Shown: positions 1-6,028 of the stretch, piece after piece
Numbering within the stretch: the stretch's first letter is position 1
Layout: each line of letters starts with the position of its first letter
Assembly: GCA_036004445.1 (NCBI GenBank)
Contig: DASYRL010000141.1
Span: 1-14,588 of the forward strand
DNA: 14,588 bases
Source: a bacterium
GTDB lineage: Bacteria > Sysuimicrobiota > Sysuimicrobiia > Sysuimicrobiales > Kaftiobacteriaceae
Direction: 5' to 3'
Program-made: the position numbers and the translations under genes
The notes under the pieces: generated by a model
The model's input: the letters and a program-made list of their open reading frames with translations, nothing else
Databases searched by the model: none
What the model was told of the DNA's origin: nothing

Positions 1-420
1 GAGCGCGTGCTGGGCCTGTTTCCGATCCTGCGGGCGCGAGGACGGCAGCTGGCGGGCACGATGTCCGGCGGGGAACAGCAGATGCTGGCCATCGCGAGGA
101 CGCTGCTGATGCGGCCGGCCTTGCTGATGATGGACGAGCCGTCCCTGGGGCTGGCGCCGCGGCTGGTGGGAGAGATCTTCGCTACGATCCGGCAGATCAA
201 CGCCGCCGGCACGACGATTCTGCTGATCGAACAGAACGCGCACATGGCGCTGTCCGTGGCGCACTACGGCTACGTGCTGGAGAGCGGCCGGCTCGTGCTG
301 GAGGGCCCCGCCGACGACCTGGCAGGCAACGCCAACGTCCAGGAGCTCTATCTGGGGATCACGCAGGAGACGTCGGTGAAAGGCTACCGGCGGTACAAGG
401 CACGCCGGCGGTGGGCCTGA
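1..420 (+). CDS. livF: Branched-chain amino-acid ABC transporter ATP-binding protein (LivF-type). 3' portion only; the 5' end lies beyond the window start.
   Basis: Frame 1 is open from base 1 to the TGA at 418-420. ABC signature LSGGEQQML and Walker B LLMMDEPSLGLAP are present. The conserved LivF C-terminal ...ELYLG is followed by a ~20-aa Arg/Lys-rich tail. Confidence 0.85.
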   Translation, partial: ERVLGLFPILRARGRQLAGTMSGGEQQMLAIARTLLMRPALLMMDEPSLGLAPRLVGEIFATIRQINAAGTTILLIEQNAHMALSVAHYGYVLESGRLVLEGPADDLAGNANVQELYLGITQETSVKGYRRYKARRRWA

Positions 421-423
421 CTT

Positions 424-458
424 CAGGGAACAGGGAACCGGGAGCAGGGAACAGGAAG
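424..458 (+). repeat. Tandem heptad repeat (CAGGGAA-like x5) forming a G3-N4-G3-N4-G3-N4-G3 G-quadruplex motif in the 41-nt gap between convergent livF and the acyl-CoA synthetase gene.
   Basis: Read directly: CAGGGAA CAGGGAA CCGGGAG CAGGGAA CAGGAAG. It is flanked by the weak inverted repeat GGGCC (414-418) / GGCCC (458-462). No canonical GC-hairpin/U-tract terminator is present. Confidence 0.5.
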
Positions 459-461
459 GCC

Positions 462-2288
462 CTAATCTCGATACAGGTCGGCGATCGCGTCGGCGAACTT
501 CTCCATGATCGCCTTGCGCTTCACCTTCATCGTCGGCGTGACCTCACCGTCCTCCTGATACAGGCGCTTGGGCAGCAGCGCGAACTTTTTCACCTGCTCG
601 GGGGACGAGAGCGTCTTGTTGACGACCTCGACCTCGGCGGTGATGAGCTTCCGGACCTGCGCGCTCTGCGACAGGTCCGTGAACGTCGTAAACGGCACGC
701 GCCGCTCCTGCGCCCACTTCGCGACGTTGTCCTCATCGATGACGATCAGCGCGACGAGATACTTCCTGCCGTCGCCGATCACGACCGCGTCGTTGACGTA
801 GGGGCTGAACTTCAGCTTATTCTCGATGTACTGCGGCGCGATGTTCTTGCCGTACGCGTTGATGAACAGGTCCTTTTTCCGGTCGGTGATGCGGAGGTTG
901 CCGTGGGCGTCGAACCCGCCGATGTCCCCCGAGCGCAGCCAGCCGTCGACGACCGTACGCGCGGTGGCGTCGGGATCTTTGAAGTAGCCTGCGAAGACGT
1001 TGGGGCCGCGGACCAGGATCTCCCCGTCGTCGCCCGTGGCGACCTCGACGCCGGGCACGGGCTTGCCGACGGTCCCCAGCGCGACATCGCCGATCGGGTG
1101 GACGGTAGCGACGCCGGTCCCCTCGGTCTGCGAGTAGATCTCGCGGATCTGCAGGCCGATCCCCCAGAAGAACCGCAGGATGTCCGGCGAGATCGGCGCG
1201 GCCGCCGTCAGCGCAATGCGCACGCGATCGAGCCCGATGCGGTTGCGCAGCGGCCGCAGCACCAACGCATGCGCGGCGCCGTAGGCCGCGGCCAGCCAGA
1301 ATGGGACCGCGGCGTTGTTCAGCCGCCGGGCCGCGTAGGTCTGGCCGATGCGCCGGCCGGCGGCGAAGGCGGCGCGCTTGATCCAGTCCGCGTCCGCCAT
1401 CTGCAGGACGATCCCGGAATGCAGCTTCTCCCAGATCCGCGGCACCGCGAAGAAGATCGTGGGCCGCACCTCGCGGAGGTTGAACGGCACGGTATCGAGG
1501 TTCTCCGCGAAGTTCACCGCGTAGCCGTAGTACACGGCGAGGATGAGTGAGAACGCCCGTTCGGCGATGTGCGCCAGGGGCAGGAACGATAGCAGCTCGT
1601 CATCTTCGCGGCCTGGAACGATACTCGTGCTGAGTTCGCACAGTGCCAGCACGTTGCGGTGCGTGAGCATCGCGCCTTTGGGCGGCCCGGTGGTCCCTGA
1701 GGTATAGATGAGCAGCGCGACCGCGGCGGGATCCAGCGCCGCGAGCCGCTGGTCCAGCGCGTCGGGGTGAGTCTCGGCGAAGCGGAGCCCGGCAGTGAGA
1801 AACTGGTCGAACATCAGCACCATGGGATCCCGGAACCCACGCAGGCCTTCGGAATCCATCACCACGACGTGTTCCAGTTTCGGCAGCCGCCCACGGATCT
1901 CGAGGATCTTGTCCAGCTGCTCCTCGCCCTCGACGATGATGACCCGGGCCTCGGCGTGCTCGAGGATGTAGTGCACCTGCTCGGGGCTGTTCGTCGCGTA
2001 GATCCCGGTGGTGACCGCGCCGGCGGACTGGATGCCGAGATCGCTGGACAGCCACTCCGGCCGGTTTTCGCCGATCACCGCAACGCGCTCGCCGGGCCGG
2101 ACACCCAGCGCGATGAGCGCGTTGGCCACGGCGCGGACGCTGCGCGCGTACTGGTCCCACGTCGTGCGCCGCCAGATGCCGTACTCTTTGCGGCGCATGG
2201 CCACGCGGTCGCGCAGCCGGGCGGCCTGAGCGAAGAACAGGCCCGGGAACGTATCGCGGGTGGCCACTCGGCGATCGATGACGGCCAT
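462..2288 (-). CDS. Long-chain fatty acid-CoA ligase (AMP-dependent synthetase/ligase, long FadD15/ACSL-like form, ~609 aa).
   Basis: AMP-binding motif YTSGTTGPPKGAMLTHRNV, later WLRSGDIGG...TDRKKD, and C-terminal PKRLYQEDGEVTPTMKVKRKAI. The ORF track starts at a GTG at 2345 (627 aa). I prefer the ATG at 2288 (MAVIDRRVATRDTFPGLFF...) because it leaves a 71-nt divergent promoter region and matches the typical N-terminal length of FACS proteins. Neither candidate has a convincing SD. Confidence 0.88.
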   Translation of the reverse strand: MAVIDRRVATRDTFPGLFFAQAARLRDRVAMRRKEYGIWRRTTWDQYARSVRAVANALIALGVRPGERVAVIGENRPEWLSSDLGIQSAGAVTTGIYATNSPEQVHYILEHAEARVIIVEGEEQLDKILEIRGRLPKLEHVVVMDSEGLRGFRDPMVLMFDQFLTAGLRFAETHPDALDQRLAALDPAAVALLIYTSGTTGPPKGAMLTHRNVLALCELSTSIVPGREDDELLSFLPLAHIAERAFSLILAVYYGYAVNFAENLDTVPFNLREVRPTIFFAVPRIWEKLHSGIVLQMADADWIKRAAFAAGRRIGQTYAARRLNNAAVPFWLAAAYGAAHALVLRPLRNRIGLDRVRIALTAAAPISPDILRFFWGIGLQIREIYSQTEGTGVATVHPIGDVALGTVGKPVPGVEVATGDDGEILVRGPNVFAGYFKDPDATARTVVDGWLRSGDIGGFDAHGNLRITDRKKDLFINAYGKNIAPQYIENKLKFSPYVNDAVVIGDGRKYLVALIVIDEDNVAKWAQERRVPFTTFTDLSQSAQVRKLITAEVEVVNKTLSSPEQVKKFALLPKRLYQEDGEVTPTMKVKRKAIMEKFADAIADLYRD

Positions 2289-2359
2289 GCTGGCTATTTC
2301 GGAAGAGGGGACTGTCCTCCCCTGCGTGGAAGGAGAGCGCGGCACCGCGGTAGACTCCG
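2289..2359. promoter_or_regulatory. 71-nt divergent promoter/operator region between the acyl-CoA synthetase gene (-) and the SDR operon (+).
   Basis: Hairpin/inverted repeat AGGGGA-ctgtcc-TCCCCT (2306-2323). GC palindrome CGCGG-ca-CCGCG (2338-2349) 11 nt upstream of the SDR ATG. TAGACT (2351-2356) is a possible -10 hexamer. The promoter assignment is inferential. Confidence 0.35.
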
Positions 2360-3136
2360 ATGGCTGACCTGGCCGACCTCTTCTCTCTGCGTGGGTATGG
2401 CGCGCTCGTCACCGGCGGCTCGCGGGGACTCGGCCTGGAGATCGCCGAGGGGCTGGGCGAAGCCGGCGCACGGGTGGCGATCGTGGCCCGCCGCGAACCG
2501 TGGCTGGAGGAGGCCACTGCGCGGCTCGGGGGGCGGGACATCGACTGCCTGGCGCTCCGCGGCGACGTGGCGCAGCCTGATGACGTGGCGCGGGTCGTCG
2601 ACGCCGTGGGCCAAGCCTTCGGCCGGATCGACGTTCTGGTCAACGCGGCGGGACGGACGTGGGGGGCGCCGGCGGCCGACATGCCGCTGGACCGGTGGCG
2701 CGACGTCATGGAGGCCAATGCCACGGGAACGTTCCTGATGTGCCAGGCGGTCGGGAAGGGGATGCTCGAGCGCAGGTATGGACGGATCATCAACGTGTCC
2801 TCAGTGGCGGGACTCGCCGGATCCCCACCGGAAGTCCTGGACGCGGTGGGGTATTCCGCCAGCAAAGGCGCGATCGTCGCCATGACCCGCGACCTCGCCG
2901 TGAAATGGGCGCGGCACAACGTCACGGTGAACGCCATTGCTCCCGGGTTCTTTCCGACGCGACTGTCGGAGAAGGCCATCGAGCGCGCGGGGCAGCGGCT
3001 GATGGAGCTGATTCCGATGGCCCGCCTTGGAGCCCCCGGAGAGTTGAAGGGAGTCGCGGTGCTGCTCGCCAGCTCGGCCGGAGCCTACATCACCGGGCAG
3101 ATCATCGCCGTCGACGGAGGGATGACGGCGCTGTAA
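2360..3136 (+). CDS. Classical short-chain dehydrogenase/reductase (FabG-like 3-oxoacyl reductase family), 258 aa.
   Basis: ATG at 2360. Cofactor motif TGGSRGLG (TGxxxGxG), NAAG, catalytic S...YSASK (YxxxK), and C-terminal ITGQIIAVDGG typical of classical SDRs. Confidence 0.9.
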   Translation: MADLADLFSLRGYGALVTGGSRGLGLEIAEGLGEAGARVAIVARREPWLEEATARLGGRDIDCLALRGDVAQPDDVARVVDAVGQAFGRIDVLVNAAGRTWGAPAADMPLDRWRDVMEANATGTFLMCQAVGKGMLERRYGRIINVSSVAGLAGSPPEVLDAVGYSASKGAIVAMTRDLAVKWARHNVTVNAIAPGFFPTRLSEKAIERAGQRLMELIPMARLGAPGELKGVAVLLASSAGAYITGQIIAVDGGMTAL

Positions 3137-4075
3137 ATGCGCGTCCACCGCATCGAGATCCCCACGCCCTTCCCCGTCGGTCCGGTGAACGCCTACCTGC
3201 TCGAGGGTGACCCACTCACGCTCGTCGACACCGGGCCCAAGGGGGCCGCCAGTCAGGACGCGATCGAGTCCGCCCTCGTCGCCGCCGGCCGGGGCGTCAC
3301 AGACCTCCGGCGCATCGTCATCACCCACGGCCACACCGATCACTTCGGGCAGGCGGAATGGCTCCGCGCGCAGAGCGGCGCCGAGGTGTTCGCCCATGCG
3401 AGCGAGCAGCCCAAGCTCGCCGGAGAGCGGTGGGTGGCGGATCACCTCGTGGCGTTTTTCCGCGAGGCGGGGATGCCCGAGTCGTTCTTCGCCGCGTTCA
3501 GTCAGATGGTCAGCGCGTATCGAGTGTTCTTCGACCCGCTCGAGGCGTTCACGCCGCTGGTCGACGGCGACACCCTGGCCATCGGCGATGAGCGGCTGCG
3601 AGTCCTCCACTGTCCGGGACATTCCCAGGGCCACGTATGCCTGTACCACGATGACGGCGTCCTGATCGCCGGCGACCTACTGCTGGAGGAAGTGAGCCCC
3701 AACCCGATCGTCGAGTTCAGCCCCGACGGCAGGCGGCAGACCACCCTGCCGCAGTACCTGCATTCGCTGCGCCGCGTCCTGCTGCTGAACTGCGATCTCG
3801 CCTACCCGGGACACGGCGAGCCGATCACCAACCCCAGCAGCCGCATCCGCGAGTTGATCGCGCATCACGAGCAGCGGAAAGAAGAGATCGCGGCCCGGCT
3901 GGGCAGGGCGCCCAAGACGCTGGTCGATCTCACCCAGGAGATCTATCACGGGTTGGATGATCTCAATCTGATGCTGGCGCTGTCGGAAGTGATCGGGCAC
4001 CTCGACCTGCTGGCCGAGGAGAAACGGATCGCCACGTCGCGCCGGCGCGGCACGCTGCTGTATCGGGGGAAATAG
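3137..4075 (+). CDS. MBL-fold metallo-hydrolase with a C-terminal helical extension, 312 aa.
   Basis: The ATG at 3137 immediately follows the SDR TAA (TAAATG), so the genes are translationally coupled. Zinc-binding motif ITHGHTDHFG (HxHxDH), further His/Asp ligands in CPGHSQGH, IAGD and YPGHGEP, plus a ~70-aa C-terminal helical tail. Confidence 0.85.
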   Translation: MRVHRIEIPTPFPVGPVNAYLLEGDPLTLVDTGPKGAASQDAIESALVAAGRGVTDLRRIVITHGHTDHFGQAEWLRAQSGAEVFAHASEQPKLAGERWVADHLVAFFREAGMPESFFAAFSQMVSAYRVFFDPLEAFTPLVDGDTLAIGDERLRVLHCPGHSQGHVCLYHDDGVLIAGDLLLEEVSPNPIVEFSPDGRRQTTLPQYLHSLRRVLLLNCDLAYPGHGEPITNPSSRIRELIAHHEQRKEEIAARLGRAPKTLVDLTQEIYHGLDDLNLMLALSEVIGHLDLLAEEKRIATSRRRGTLLYRGK

Positions 4076-4101
4076 GGGCGCCGCGCCGAACAGCCCAGCC
4101 A

Positions 4102-5106
4102 ATGCCTGCTCCTGATGTCTCGCGACGCGTGACCATCACCGGATTGGGGGTCTACGTCCCGCCGACCGTGCTGACCAATGACGACCTGGCGCGTCGGCTG
4201 GACACGTCCGACGAGTGGATCACCACGCGCACCGGTATCAAGCGCCGGCATCTCGCCGGGCCCGATCAGGCGACGTCGGACCTCGGGATCATCGCCGCCC
4301 GCGCGGCCCTCGCCGATGCCGGCGTCACCGCGGCCGATCTCGACCTCATCATCGTCGGCACCGCGACGCCCGATGCGCTGTTTCCCGCCACGGCCTGCCT
4401 GCTGCAGGACCAGTTGGGCGCGGCGCGGGCGGGGGCATTCGACCTGCTGGCCGCGTGCAGCAGTTTCGTCTACGGACTGAATACCGCGGCACAGTTGATC
4501 GCCACCGGCGCGATCAACACCGCCCTGGTGGTCGGCGCCGAGACACTGTCGCGGCTGGTCGACTGGACCGATCGGCGGACCGCCGTGCTGATCGGTGACG
4601 GCGCGGCCGCGGCGGTCCTGCAGCCGTCGTCAGGGGCCGCGGGAATCTACAGCAGCGTGGTCGGCGCAAACGGTGCAGCGGGGGAGATGATCAAGCTGCC
4701 CGCCGGCGGTTCGCGACTCCCGGTCACGTCCGAGGTTATCGAGCGGAACCTGCACCGCGCTTACATGGACGGCCAGGCGGTGTTCAAGCTCGCGGTGCGC
4801 ACGATCCCCGGCCTCATCCGCACGGCCGTCGACCGGGCCGGCTGGACGCTGGCCGACATCGACCTGGTCGTGCCGCACCAGGCCAATCTGCGCATCATCG
4901 ACGCGATGGCCGAACAGCTGAGCATTCCCAGAGACCGGTTCTTCGTGAACATCCAGGAGTACGGCAACACGTCCGCGGCCAGCGTGCCGCTGGCGCTCTA
5001 CGAGGCCCGGCAGGCGGGGCGTCTCTCCGACGGCGATCGGATCGTGATGGCGGCGTTCGGCGGCGGGTTCACCTACGCGGCGTGCACCATGCGGTGGGGG
5101 AGGTAG
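4102..5106 (+). CDS. fabH: Beta-ketoacyl-ACP synthase III (KAS III/FabH family), 334 aa. Probably a paralogue rather than the housekeeping fabH, since no fabD/acpP/fabF is adjacent.
   Basis: N-terminus VTITGLGVYVPPTVLTNDDLARRLDTSDEWITTRTGIKRRHLA. Cys-His-Asn triad in AACSSF, HQANLRII and YGNTSAASVPLAL. C-terminal FGGGFTYAACTMRW. Confidence 0.88.
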   Translation: MPAPDVSRRVTITGLGVYVPPTVLTNDDLARRLDTSDEWITTRTGIKRRHLAGPDQATSDLGIIAARAALADAGVTAADLDLIIVGTATPDALFPATACLLQDQLGAARAGAFDLLAACSSFVYGLNTAAQLIATGAINTALVVGAETLSRLVDWTDRRTAVLIGDGAAAAVLQPSSGAAGIYSSVVGANGAAGEMIKLPAGGSRLPVTSEVIERNLHRAYMDGQAVFKLAVRTIPGLIRTAVDRAGWTLADIDLVVPHQANLRIIDAMAEQLSIPRDRFFVNIQEYGNTSAASVPLALYEARQAGRLSDGDRIVMAAFGGGFTYAACTMRWGR

Positions 5107-5113
5107 GACGGCG

Positions 5114-6028
5114 ATGGGAGTGCTGAAGTTCGTCCTGTTTGCGGCGGCGACGGTCTTCTTGCTGTGGCGCACCGTGCGCATCGAGCGCGAGCCGGGGCGG
5201 CGCGACGGGTCGTGGCGCTTCAGGGGATCGGGGTCGTTTTTCACCGGGGTGATCGTGTTCCTGGTCGTCAACACCCTGCTGTTGGGATTCGGGCAGGTTC
5301 CCGCCGGCGCGCGGGGTGTCGTGCTCCGCTTCGGCGCCGTCACCGGTCAGGTGAAGGACGAAGGGATCTACTTCGTCACCCCGTGGGTGGAAACCGTCGA
5401 AATCATGTCGGTGCAGACGGAGGCGTATGAGGCCGAGGCCGAGGCGGCGTCGTTCGACCTGCAGGACGTGCACACCAAGGTGACGCTGAACTACTCGCTG
5501 GACCCCGCCGTGGTCGCCACCGTCTACCGCACGCTGCGGCGGGACTACGTCACGCGCATCATCAAACCCGCGGTCCAGGAAGCGGTGAAAGCCAGCACCG
5601 CCAAGTTCAAGGCCGACGAGCTGATCACGCGGCGGGAAACCGTGAAGGAAGCGATCCAGCGCGTGCTGGCCGACCGGCTGGCCACGCACGGGATTCACGT
5701 CGACGCGCTGAGCATCACCGACTTCTCGTTCAGCGAGGAGTTCACCAAGGCGATCGAAGCCAAGGTCACCGCCACGCAGCGGGCGCTGGAAGCGCAGCAA
5801 AACTTGCAGCGCGTGAAGTTCGAGGCGCAGCAGGTGATCGAGCGCGCCAAGGCCGAGGCCGAGTCGCTGCGGCTGCAGCGCCAGAACATCAGTACGGAGC
5901 TGATCGAGTTGCGGCGGATCGAAGCCCAGGTCAAGGCGATCGAAAAGTGGAACGGCGTGATGCCGCAGTTCGTCGGCGCCGCCGGTCCGGTCCCGATCCT
6001 GGACCTGTTCAATACGCGAGGGCGTTGA
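5114..6028 (+). CDS. SPFH/band-7 membrane protein of the prohibitin (PHB) subfamily, 304 aa.
   Basis: ATG 7 nt after the fabH stop, with GGGAGG upstream. SPFH core GVVLRFGAVTG...YFVTPW. PHB-type C-terminal coiled-coil ...TELIELRRIEAQVKAIEKW. Two N-terminal hydrophobic segments separated by an Arg/Gly-rich linker. Confidence 0.85.
   Translation: MGVLKFVLFAAATVFLLWRTVRIEREPGRRDGSWRFRGSGSFFTGVIVFLVVNTLLLGFGQVPAGARGVVLRFGAVTGQVKDEGIYFVTPWVETVEIMSVQTEAYEAEAEAASFDLQDVHTKVTLNYSLDPAVVATVYRTLRRDYVTRIIKPAVQEAVKASTAKFKADELITRRETVKEAIQRVLADRLATHGIHVDALSITDFSFSEEFTKAIEAKVTATQRALEAQQNLQRVKFEAQQVIERAKAEAESLRLQRQNISTELIELRRIEAQVKAIEKWNGVMPQFVGAAGPVPILDLFNTRGR

Noticed and set aside
411-1550. 379-aa plus-strand ORF antisense to the acyl-CoA synthetase gene.
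   Set aside because: It lies antisense to a well-supported gene, has a low-complexity Arg/Asp/Leu/Val-rich translation, and has no start context.
2343-2345. GTG at 2345 as the start of the acyl-CoA synthetase gene (627-aa form, from the ORF track).
   Set aside because: It would put the start codons of two divergent genes only 14 nt apart, leaving no promoter space. The ATG at 2288 gives an N-terminal length typical of long-form FACS proteins. The GTG start is kept as an alternative but not preferred.
2351-2362. TAGACT -10-like hexamer implying a leaderless SDR transcript.
   Set aside because: The hexamer ends only 3 nt before the ATG, so a TSS 6-8 nt downstream would fall inside the coding sequence. 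The geometry does not support a leaderless start from this element.
1600-2979. 459-aa minus-strand ORF, and the overlapping 323-aa plus-strand ORF at 1767-2738.
   Set aside because: These are shadow ORFs in alternative frames of the acyl-CoA synthetase and SDR genes. Their translations are Arg/Pro/Ala/Ser-rich low-complexity sequence with no motifs. In 70% GC DNA such long antisense or off-frame ORFs arise by chance.
462-5106. Interpretation as an OleABCD-type olefin (head-to-head hydrocarbon) cluster, with FabH-like thiolase, reductase and AMP-ligase.
   Set aside because: There is no alpha/beta-hydrolase OleB. The reductase is a 258-aa classical SDR and not the extended OleD type. The ligase is a ~600-aa fatty acyl-CoA synthetase and not OleC. 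The KAS III looks like a bona fide FabH.
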